This document shows positions 39,401 to 47,685 of a DNA stretch of 64,000 bases, piece after piece. Origin of the DNA: an uncultured bacterium (lineage in GTDB: Bacteria > Auribacterota > Erginobacteria > Erginobacterales > Erginobacteraceae); the NCBI GenBank assembly GCA_963822585.1, contig CAWGIE010000019.1, positions 384,001-448,000 of the forward strand. Direction: 5' to 3'. Every line of letters begins with the position of its first letter. The first letter of the stretch is position 1. The translations under genes and the position numbers were made by a program. The notes under the pieces are model-generated. The model ran no database searches and was not told the origin of the DNA. It saw nothing but the letters and a program-made list of their open reading frames with translations.

Positions 39401-40174
39401 TCATCCTTCATGGTACCACCTGTCCAGCCAATCGGCTTTTTCATCGAAGGGGTTGGTCCGCATGGCGAAGAGGAAAAAATAGGGAAAATTGGCGCTGATA
39501 TATTCCATGTAGGAGAGCCACTGGAAAATCAGAAGATTGTAGGCCCTTTTGATATCTTCCCGGGTGTGCTCGATGTCCTCCCGGCAGAGATTGCCCAGGT
39601 CCCGGGCGGCCAACTCTTCGGTGATGTGAAATATCGCCATCAGGCACTCGGTAAAAGACTCGTGTTCGAGCAGGTTGGGGTTCTGAAGCAGGCCGACCAG
39701 GAACCCTCTCTTCCCGACCAGGAACTTCTCCAGCTTGGTGAGATCGATGGCATCAACGTCGATATCCGGCTGGTAGCCTTTTATTTTCCTGAAGGCAGCC
39801 TTGAAATCGAAGTCTCCGCACTCGCAGTCAGCGATGATCGAACCGCGGATCGTGTCCAGGTTCCGGTCGAATTGGGCCAGGTAGGAGATCAGGTGCTTGC
39901 CGAACTCGCTGAAGAAAACTTCGATCACCATGTTCATTTTCTTGAGCGCGCTCTGTTTCTCCCACTGGTTCAGAAGTTGATCGATGACAACCGTCACCAG
40001 CAAGACCTCAAAAAAGACAAAGGCCACATCGCCGACCAGATAAATAAAAATGTGATGCGCGTCCCGGAAAATCAGGTAATGGATGAAATAGACGCCGATA
40101 CCCAGAACGATCAGAACGATCGCCAGTATGATCCGCCGCTGAAATAATCTGCTAACCGCGCTCACTGTTCCCAA
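39401..40174 (-). CDS. Hypothetical membrane protein (two N-terminal TM helices)
   Basis: Hydrophobic N-terminus; FFSEFG, LLQNPNLLEHESF, MRTNPFD motifs; GGAG/GAGG SD. Confidence 0.7.
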   Translation of the reverse strand: MGTVSAVSRLFQRRIILAIVLIVLGIGVYFIHYLIFRDAHHIFIYLVGDVAFVFFEVLLVTVVIDQLLNQWEKQSALKKMNMVIEVFFSEFGKHLISYLAQFDRNLDTIRGSIIADCECGDFDFKAAFRKIKGYQPDIDVDAIDLTKLEKFLVGKRGFLVGLLQNPNLLEHESFTECLMAIFHITEELAARDLGNLCREDIEHTREDIKRAYNLLIFQWLSYMEYISANFPYFFLFAMRTNPFDEKADWLDRWYHEG

Positions 40175-40277
40175 CCTCGCTCCTTCTCGTCCCTGATACT
40201 CCTTTAACCCCTGTTGATCCGGGCATTCCCGAATTTGACCCTGATTCGAATTTCGTCATTAGAGTTTCGTCATTTAT

Positions 40278-40586
40278 TTACTCTTTCTTCATCTTCTCGA
40301 TCTCTTCCTCGACCTCGCCGGCGCCCTCCGCGTAAAACTTCTCCTCGTCGGGGGCCAGCTCTTTCAGCAGGCGGAGAAATTCCCCGGCGTGGACCCGCTC
40401 TTCGTCGGCGATGTCCTTGAGGACGTCAATCGCGAGCTCGTTATCGGTTGATTCGGCCAGCTGCATGTAGAGCTGAACGGCTTCATACTCGGCCGCGACC
40501 ATGAAACGAATGGCGCGGATCAGTTCCTGCTCGGTGAGCTTCCGCTCATTGGCGAGCCCGGAAAACGGCGATCCGAATTCAGGCAT
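40278..40586 (-). CDS. Small half-bundle ferritin-like protein (encapsulated-ferritin/rubrerythrin-like)
   Basis: AAEYEAVQLY...DIADEERVHAGEF; AGGAGG SD. Confidence 0.88.
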   Translation of the reverse strand: MPEFGSPFSGLANERKLTEQELIRAIRFMVAAEYEAVQLYMQLAESTDNELAIDVLKDIADEERVHAGEFLRLLKELAPDEEKFYAEGAGEVEEEIEKMKKE

Positions 40587-40634
40587 GGTATACCTCCTTT
40601 TTAAAATTTTTCCTTGAAAAATTTTATCGGGTAC

Positions 40635-40685
40635 ACTTTGGGGATGACACTGATCGGTTTAACCGATCAGTGTCATCCTCAAAGT
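40635..40685. repeat. 51-bp near-perfect palindrome
   Basis: ACTTTGGGGATGACACTGATCGGTT-T-AACCGATCAGTGTCATCCTCAAAGT; 24 of 25 arm positions pair. Confidence 0.85.
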
Positions 40686-40891
40686 ATTAAAAAACACCCC
40701 TATGAAAGCAGTTGTTCTCCTTTATGTATGTTAATAAGGACTTGCCATTATGTATTGAGCAGTCGGACGATACATCAGTGACAAAGCCGCTAAATTATAA
40801 TTATATTTTTCCAAGCCCTATCTATACAAGGATATTTAATCATCTTTTTTCACCCGGGGGATCCAAACCGGACCCCCCGGATGATAAAAGA

Positions 40892-41443
40892 TTACCTCAG
40901 GAACTTGGAGACGAAGGGCGAGGTTTCTCCTCTCCGCAGAAAGTGACCGGACGGTCCCTCTCCCAGGAACTCCGAGAACCACGACTCGTGCTCGATTTCC
41001 TCATTAAGGATCGCGAGGACCAGGTCATAGGTCCGGTGATCCTTGCCGGCGGTCATATCGCAGAGCGCAGTATAGCCCATGACCGCGCAGCGTTCCGCTC
41101 CCACCAGAACCTTCAGGATCCCCATGACGTCATTCGAGTCCTCCGGCAGATTCGCCGGCGGACAAGCGGACATGTCATGGAACTCCTTCATGTCGTCCGG
41201 GAGTCTGCCGCCCAACTCGTAAATCCGGGGCACCAGGGCTTCAAAGTGGTTGCGGTCCTCAATCCGCGCGGTCTCCGCGATCTCTTTGACGCCCTCGCCC
41301 TGCAATCCGATCAGGTTCGCCCGCAGGATCGTGTAATAATAAAAGGTCGTGAGTTCCGCGGACGCGTTCTTAACCAGAAGCTTGAGCAGCTTCTCGACGT
41401 CTATTCCCGCTTTTTCCACCATCTGACGCGCTACTTTAGCCAT
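40892..41443 (-). CDS. DPS-like (DPSL) ferritin-superfamily protein
   Basis: AELTTFYYYTILR, EDRNHFEALVPRIYELGG, SACPPA, AERCAV, KDHRTYDL, EEIEHESWF. Start at ATG 41443 after AGGAGG. Confidence 0.9.
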   Translation of the reverse strand: MAKVARQMVEKAGIDVEKLLKLLVKNASAELTTFYYYTILRANLIGLQGEGVKEIAETARIEDRNHFEALVPRIYELGGRLPDDMKEFHDMSACPPANLPEDSNDVMGILKVLVGAERCAVMGYTALCDMTAGKDHRTYDLVLAILNEEIEHESWFSEFLGEGPSGHFLRRGETSPFVSKFLR

Positions 41444-41593
41444 AATAGGCCTCCTTTTTTTAGCCCGGACGCCTTTCCGTATCCGTTTATTCAGAGGGAA
41501 TCCGGGATGGTTCAATAGTTAATATGTCTTACTATATCATAATTATTCCTATCAACAATAGAAAATTTTTTACCCCTTAAATACCGCTTTTCT

Positions 41594-42049
41594 TCAGCCC
41601 GCCTGTTTCTTGAGGCAATCGCGACAGATCCCCCTCAGCTCCAGATGACTGCTGAGCACCTTTCCCCACTTCTTCGCCTGGGGCGGTGCCGGCATCGAGT
41701 CCACGCCCGGGGAGGAAAAATCATCGACCCTCCTGCACACGGTACAGACCAGGTGATGATGCGGCGCGCGGTTGGGATCAAAGCGGCTGCGGTCGTCCAA
41801 CACCTCTACCTTCGCCACCACCCCCATCCGTACGAACATCTCCAGGGTGCGATAAACGGTATCCAGCGAGACGGTGGGAATACGGGGACGAACCCTGCGG
41901 TATATCTCTTCCGCCGAAGGGTGGTCTGCGGCCCTCGTCATCTCCCGGAAAATTTCCAGGCGCTGATGGGTAAGCTTGAGCCCTTCCTTTTTGAAAAGGG
42001 CCTGGACACCCTCCGCGTTATTGACATCGAATCTTTTTGAATCATCCAT
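41594..42049 (-). CDS. Fur/PerR-family transcriptional regulator
   Basis: LKLTHQR, HPSAEEIY, SLDTVYRTL, HHHLVCTVC, GICRDC. Confidence 0.95.
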   Translation of the reverse strand: MDDSKRFDVNNAEGVQALFKKEGLKLTHQRLEIFREMTRAADHPSAEEIYRRVRPRIPTVSLDTVYRTLEMFVRMGVVAKVEVLDDRSRFDPNRAPHHHLVCTVCRRVDDFSSPGVDSMPAPPQAKKWGKVLSSHLELRGICRDCLKKQAG

Positions 42050-42185
42050 TATTCATACTACCCTGGTTTTTCTCAAATCGTGGTATTACGATTAGTTATC
42101 AAATAGGAACTTATACTACCATATCCTCTCTGTCAACCTTTCCTCATTAATTTATCCGAAGGCTCTTAGTAAGGATTAAAGCTGG

Positions 42186-43874
42186 TTATCGTTTTCCACC
42201 GGCGCTTAACTTTGCCAGGTTTTTCGCGGCTCTTTCCGATCCGGGCACCAGCTGGAAGAGAAAAAAATTGTGGGGGCCGACAGTGATAAAATAGGGAAGC
42301 TGCCCGATCGGAGGAAATTCAGTCCGACCGAGAAGTTCTACCGGGATAAAGCCATCAAACTCCTTCAGTTCGAGCTCCACGGGCTGGGTAAATCGCGAAA
42401 GATTGTTGACGACCAGGATGATACGGTCCCGATAGCGCCGCACATAGGAGAGCGTTTTCATATTCTTGGAGGGGATGAAGCGGAGATGGCCCCGGCCGAA
42501 AACAGAGGCGTATTTCTTTCGGGTCCGGATCATCTTCTTCATCCAGCTCAGCAGGGAGGTCGAAGTCCGGCTTTGAGCTTCGACGTTGATGCTCTGGTAG
42601 CCGTAGACCGGATCCATATTGACCGGACTGTAGAGCATCGCCGGGTCCGCCCGGGAAAAGCCCGCGTTCCGGTATCCTGTCCACTGCATCGGGGTACGAA
42701 CTCCATTCCTGTCACCGAGGTAAATATTGTCCCCCATCCCGATCTCGTCCCCGTAATAAATAATCGGGCTGCCCGGGAGAGTGAAAAGAAGGTTGTTGAG
42801 CAATTCGATCTGTCTCCGGCCATTATCGAGAAGCGGCGCCAGTCGCCGGCGGATGCCGAGGTTGCATCTCATTTTCAGATCCCGGGCATATTCCCGGTAC
42901 ATGTAATCGCGCTCCTCGTGGGTGACCATTTCCAGGGTAAGCTCGTCATGGTTTCGGAGAAAAAGGCCCCACTGACAGGAAGCGGGGATAGCCGGCATCT
43001 CGTTCATGATGTTCTCGATGGGGGCGCGGTTCTCTTCCCTGAGGGCCATGAAAATACGAGGCATCAGGGGAAAATTAAAAGCCATGTGGAACTCGTCGCC
43101 TTTTCCGAAATAGGGACGCACATCGAGCGGCCACTGGTTTGCCTCGGCGATCAGTATTTTATCTCCGAACTCCGAATCTATTTTGCTCCGCAACTCCTTG
43201 AAAAATTCATGAGTCTCCGGCAGGTTTTCGCAGTTCGTCCCCTCTCTCTCGAAAAGATAGGGCACGGCATCGCACCGGAATCCGTCAAGTCCCGTTCTCA
43301 GCCAGTGATTGATGACTCTGAGCATGGCGGTTCTGACCCGGGGATTGTCATAGTTCAGATCGGGCTGGTGACTGAAAAACCGGTGCCAGTAATACTGTTC
43401 CGTGTGTTTATCCCAGGTCCAGTTCGATTCCTCCGTATCTACAAAGATAACCCGGGCATCCTTGTATTTTTGGTCGGTGTTATTCCAGACGTAGTAATCC
43501 CTTTTGGCAGATCGCCGGGAACTTCGGGACGCAAGAAACCAGGGATGCTGATCCGAGGTATGGTTCATTACCAGGTCGGCCAGGATTTTGATATCCCGCT
43601 TGTGGGCGGCGCGAACGAGCGTCTTAAAATCCCGGAACGTCCCGTATTCCGGCTGGATCTTATAGAAATCCTGGATATCGTAGCCGTCGTCCTTCTGCGG
43701 AGATAGATAAAAAGGGAGAAGCCAGATACAGTCGATACCCAGGTCCTGCAGATAATCCAGTTTTTCTTCGATCCCCCGTAGATCGCCGACGCCGTCGGCG
43801 TTACTGTCATAGAACCCTTTTACATGCAGTTCGTAAAATATCGCGTCCTTATACCATAAAGAATTTTTCGTCAT
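42186..43874 (-). CDS. treS: Trehalose synthase (maltose alpha-D-glucosyltransferase)
   Basis: WYKDAIFYELHV, YYWHRFFSHQPDLN, GFRCDAVPYL.EREGTNCENLPETH, FLRNHDELTLEMV, NLGIRRRLAPL. Confidence 0.97.
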   Translation of the reverse strand: MTKNSLWYKDAIFYELHVKGFYDSNADGVGDLRGIEEKLDYLQDLGIDCIWLLPFYLSPQKDDGYDIQDFYKIQPEYGTFRDFKTLVRAAHKRDIKILADLVMNHTSDQHPWFLASRSSRRSAKRDYYVWNNTDQKYKDARVIFVDTEESNWTWDKHTEQYYWHRFFSHQPDLNYDNPRVRTAMLRVINHWLRTGLDGFRCDAVPYLFEREGTNCENLPETHEFFKELRSKIDSEFGDKILIAEANQWPLDVRPYFGKGDEFHMAFNFPLMPRIFMALREENRAPIENIMNEMPAIPASCQWGLFLRNHDELTLEMVTHEERDYMYREYARDLKMRCNLGIRRRLAPLLDNGRRQIELLNNLLFTLPGSPIIYYGDEIGMGDNIYLGDRNGVRTPMQWTGYRNAGFSRADPAMLYSPVNMDPVYGYQSINVEAQSRTSTSLLSWMKKMIRTRKKYASVFGRGHLRFIPSKNMKTLSYVRRYRDRIILVVNNLSRFTQPVELELKEFDGFIPVELLGRTEFPPIGQLPYFITVGPHNFFLFQLVPGSERAAKNLAKLSAGGKR

Positions 43875-43968
43875 GGTTTATCCCCGATTAGATTACGGTA
43901 TCATTCATTACCCACGTATAAGCTTTGCATTAACTTGCCGTCCCCGCTTGCATCAATCACGGGCTAAA

Positions 43969-45261
43969 TTAGCGGCGAAGCCCCTCATTCATTTCGAAGA
44001 AAATCGGCACCCGGCGGCGGACAACGTGATAGGCGTAGATATACATTCCCGCCGACCAGGCCTGAGAAGCCATCCCCATCGGTTGCCCGCTTCGGCCTTC
44101 GAGCCACTCGTTAAACCCCCAGGGTTTTTTGCACCCGGCGTGATTCAAACGGGCGAGGTCTTCCAGGGATTTCTCTGCCTCATCATGCCTCTTCATCGCC
44201 GTCAGTACGGCGACGTAAAAGCCGCCGAGAAACGGCCAGACGCCTCCATTATGATAAGAATAAGGGCGGTTCAGATCTTCGAAAAGATAATAATACCTCC
44301 AATCCGGGTCTCCGGGAAAGACGGGAGGGGTGATGGATTTAAGGGGGCCGGGGCGATCGAGACTGGTGGCCTGTATCAGGTCGAGAATGGCGACCGCTCT
44401 TTCCTCCCCCGCGACCCCGGAGAGCACGGCCAGAAGGTTTCCCAGGGAATCAAACCACTCCCCGAAGTTCCGGAATGTGAGATAGGGGAGATAATAGGAT
44501 TTTTCCGTCAATATCATCTTTTCCGGGATCGCGTGTTGCCTTCCGAGTCTGTCTCGGCCTTCGGGGGTGAAAACGTCGTTTCCCAAACTGGGCTCGAGAT
44601 GAGGCAGGAGGACAGCCGGATCGCCCCCATACCAGAAATGCCGATTGATCCGCTTCTTCAGCGCTTCCGCCTGACCGGCGTACTTCTTCTGCCCGGCTAT
44701 ATCTGACAGTTCCTGGGCCAGGCCGGCCGTTTTACTCAGCGCGATATAATGCAGGATATTGACAGAGAGCCCCTTTCCCCGGATGGCGAAAAGATCCTCC
44801 CAATCGGAACCTTCGGCCATGGTAATGAGTCCGGTCTGATCGACATCCTGGTATTCATACCAGCTCAGGGTCTTAAGGACCACGGGATAGTATCGTTCTA
44901 GAAATCCGGCGGCGGCGGTCGCACGAAAATAATTCGCTACACCGATCACGAACCACAGACCGCTATCGGCATATGCCTGAAAATTCGGACGCGAAGTGGT
45001 GAACCGGACGTTGTTCGGTATCTGACCCAACGGAGTCTGATAAGAAGCCAAAAGCTGAAAGCTCTCTTCCAGGGATCGACTGATAACCAGATCCCCGGCC
45101 AAGACCGCCCCCAAGAGGGTGATCATACAGTCCCGGCTCCAGACCTCCTGATAGCCGGGTTCACCCGCGGACGCTTTCATTCCCTGGGGGAGGCAGCAAG
45201 CGCGTACCACTCGGAGAGCTTCCCGGTAGGCCTCCTCGATGATGGTATTTTTTTCATTCAT
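43969..45261 (-). CDS. (alpha/alpha)6 glycoside hydrolase, GH100/neutral-invertase-like
   Basis: VWSRD, DSGLWF, DWED, YHNGGVWPF, FNEWL.G, QAWSAGMY. Confidence 0.78.
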   Translation of the reverse strand: MNEKNTIIEEAYREALRVVRACCLPQGMKASAGEPGYQEVWSRDCMITLLGAVLAGDLVISRSLEESFQLLASYQTPLGQIPNNVRFTTSRPNFQAYADSGLWFVIGVANYFRATAAAGFLERYYPVVLKTLSWYEYQDVDQTGLITMAEGSDWEDLFAIRGKGLSVNILHYIALSKTAGLAQELSDIAGQKKYAGQAEALKKRINRHFWYGGDPAVLLPHLEPSLGNDVFTPEGRDRLGRQHAIPEKMILTEKSYYLPYLTFRNFGEWFDSLGNLLAVLSGVAGEERAVAILDLIQATSLDRPGPLKSITPPVFPGDPDWRYYYLFEDLNRPYSYHNGGVWPFLGGFYVAVLTAMKRHDEAEKSLEDLARLNHAGCKKPWGFNEWLEGRSGQPMGMASQAWSAGMYIYAYHVVRRRVPIFFEMNEGLRR

Positions 45262-45266
45262 GTTTA

Positions 45267-46064
45267 TCAGGGCAGTTCCAGCAACCTGTTCATAAAAAGC
45301 ATCACTCCGGAGACATCTTCAAGATAATAGCGGGCATCGGAACGGCGGACCGCCCCGCCGACCCGGATCGTGATTCCCGCCCTGCCGACTGCTCGAAAAG
45401 CGTCTTCATCGGTACGATCGTCGCCGGTATACACCGTCAAGACCGTCTCCCCGGGATGGCGCCGGCCGATCACACGGGTGAGCCAGTTGACGATGCTGCC
45501 CTTATTCCAGTCGACCGGGGGCCTGATTTCGATAACTTTTTTCCCCGAAGAAATCTTTATCTCTCCTCTGCCGACCGATCCGCGGGTGATTTTCCTGATA
45601 ATCCGCACGGTTCGGCCAAGCTCCTTCCGGGCCACCTGTCGGAAATGAACACTCAAGGAAAGACCCTTGTCCTCCACCCGGGCGCCGGCGATCTCCGCCA
45701 GTTCCCGGCTAAGGGATTCCGCCGTCATCCTGATAACGGGGCGGGCGGTTCGGGCAGCAGGATGCAGAAACCGGAGAGAATTCCCCTCCAGTTCCAGCCC
45801 GTGATTACCCGCGTAGATCAGTTCATCCAGGCCGACCAGGTCCCTGACCTCGCCCAGGGAACGGCCGCTGATGACAGCCGGGTAATAGCGCGGGTGCCGG
45901 GAGAGTGATCGCAGAAGATCCCTGACCTCATCCGGCAGCACTGCCAGCTCCGGACTCTCGACTATCGGGGTCAAGGTGCCGTCGTAATCGAAGCAGAGCA
46001 GAACCACCCTGCTCAGAGTGAGACGGTTGGACACCGCTCCCCAGCTCCTCAAAAGAGATCTCAC
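45267..46064 (-). CDS. otsB: Trehalose-6-phosphate phosphatase
   Basis: FDYDGTLTPIV, ISGR, YAGNHGLE, VEDKG...HFR, GKKVIEIRP..WNKG, GDDRTDEDAF. Confidence 0.95.
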   Translation of the reverse strand: MRSLLRSWGAVSNRLTLSRVVLLCFDYDGTLTPIVESPELAVLPDEVRDLLRSLSRHPRYYPAVISGRSLGEVRDLVGLDELIYAGNHGLELEGNSLRFLHPAARTARPVIRMTAESLSRELAEIAGARVEDKGLSLSVHFRQVARKELGRTVRIIRKITRGSVGRGEIKISSGKKVIEIRPPVDWNKGSIVNWLTRVIGRRHPGETVLTVYTGDDRTDEDAFRAVGRAGITIRVGGAVRRSDARYYLEDVSGVMLFMNRLLELP

Positions 46065-47488
46065 CCCTCCTCATCCCTCGCGTGCTTGGCCGCTATCAGA
46101 AATTTCCGGACCCAGCGATGTACATCCCTCCGCCTCACCTGATAGCGGAGCTTTCTCATCCGGGATTCCTTCTCTTCGTCGCTCATGGTGTACGCCTGCC
46201 GGATCGCGGCGGCCGTCTGTTCGGTATCATAGGGATTGACCAGGAGGGCGCCTTTCTTGAGTTGAACGGCGGCACCGGCGAACTCGCTCAGTATCAGGAT
46301 ACCGCGGTTGTCAATGCAGGACGCACAGTATTCCTTGGCCACCAGGTTCATGCCGTCGTTCAGGGGTGTGATCAGGGCGATCTCACAAGAACGGTAATAT
46401 GCCACCAGTTCCACCGGGGTCAATGTGCCGAAGACATAATGAATGGGGATCCAGCCCAGGGTAGTGAACCGGCCGTTGATCCGGCCCACCATCTCGTCAA
46501 GTTCCCTCTTCATCGCCTGGTATTCAGGCACCTCTGTCCGACTGGGAACCACCACCTGGAGAAGGGAAACGTTCTCATGCAGGTCAGGATAATTCTCCAG
46601 TGCCAGCTCGAAGGCTTCAAAACGGTTGGGGATGCCCTTGGTATAATCGAGACGATCCACCCCGATCAGGAGTTTATGCTCGGGGAATTTCTCGTGGAGA
46701 AACCAAGCCGCCTGCTCCACCTCCTGTGTTTTCGCCAATTCGTTATAGCGGTTGAAATCGATCCCGATCGGAAACGCTCCTGCCAGGACGCTCTCTGCTT
46801 CATAGCTGATCTCCGAATACGGCGCCCGATAGCTCACCCGAATGCCGGGGAGGAGGCTTTTCACGCACTGGATGAAGTTCCGCAGGTCCTTCCTGGTCTG
46901 GAAACCGATCAGGTCATACGAGAGAAGCGCCCGGATGATGGGCAGACGCCAGGGCAGACGATAAAATATGTCCGGGGAAGGAAAAGGGATATGCAGGAAG
47001 AACCCGACCGGCGTCTTCGGCCGATGTTTTTTCAAATACTCACCGGTCATGATGAGCTGGTAATCCTGCACCCAGATAAAATCCTCCTCTCCGGCAGTCG
47101 CGGCGGCGAGAACGGCGAATTTTTCGTTGACCCGGCAATAGGTCTGCCAGTGTTCCCGATTGAATACGGCCCGGCCCAGCATACTATGAAAAAGAGGCCA
47201 GAGAGTTTCATTGGAAAAACCATAGTAATAATCATCAACCTCATTGGCATCCAGGGGGACCGGGACAATGTCATAGCCGACTTTTTCCCTGGCTTCTTTA
47301 AAGATCTCCCGCAAAGGAGCATCTTCCGAAGTCCCCGGCCAGCCGATCCAGGTACCCCCTCTTTCTTTGAGCACGGGTCCCAGAGCGGCGACCAGCCCGC
47401 CGCTCCCCGGTTCCATCTTCCAGTCGCCGTTCTTCTTCTGCAGCACTACCGGCAACCGATTCGATACGATGCATAATTTACCACTGAT
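46061..47488 (-). CDS. otsA: Trehalose-6-phosphate synthase (GT20); probable ATC start
   Basis: [64 protein letters not shown]. Confidence 0.95.
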   Translation of the reverse strand: MSGKLCIVSNRLPVVLQKKNGDWKMEPGSGGLVAALGPVLKERGGTWIGWPGTSEDAPLREIFKEAREKVGYDIVPVPLDANEVDDYYYGFSNETLWPLFHSMLGRAVFNREHWQTYCRVNEKFAVLAAATAGEEDFIWVQDYQLIMTGEYLKKHRPKTPVGFFLHIPFPSPDIFYRLPWRLPIIRALLSYDLIGFQTRKDLRNFIQCVKSLLPGIRVSYRAPYSEISYEAESVLAGAFPIGIDFNRYNELAKTQEVEQAAWFLHEKFPEHKLLIGVDRLDYTKGIPNRFEAFELALENYPDLHENVSLLQVVVPSRTEVPEYQAMKRELDEMVGRINGRFTTLGWIPIHYVFGTLTPVELVAYYRSCEIALITPLNDGMNLVAKEYCASCIDNRGILILSEFAGAAVQLKKGALLVNPYDTEQTAAAIRQAYTMSDEEKESRMRKLRYQVRRRDVHRWVRKFLIAAKHARDEEG

Positions 47489-47629
47489 AATTCACCTCCT
47501 CCATTCGATAGTATTTTCCGTATGCCTGATTTTGGCACGGGCCGGTGCTTGTTTCAAGGAAAATACTGATGGAGTTTCGCCGGATGATCCAGCCGACTGA
47601 CACGTTATCGAGGATATTTCTGCGACAGA

Positions 47630-47661
47630 AAGGGCGGCTTCCCTTCAGGGAAGCCGCCCTT
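47630..47661. terminator. Terminator-like hairpin after the 852-aa gene
   Basis: AAGGGCGGCTTCCCT-tc-AGGGAAGCCGCCCTT. Confidence 0.65.
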
Positions 47662-47685
47662 CCTTTGTCATCCGGAACCGGTATA

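Noticed and set aside
47564..47612. GATGGAGTTTCGCC resembling a fluoride riboswitch 5' end
   Set aside because: The 3' consensus is missing and no plus-strand gene follows.
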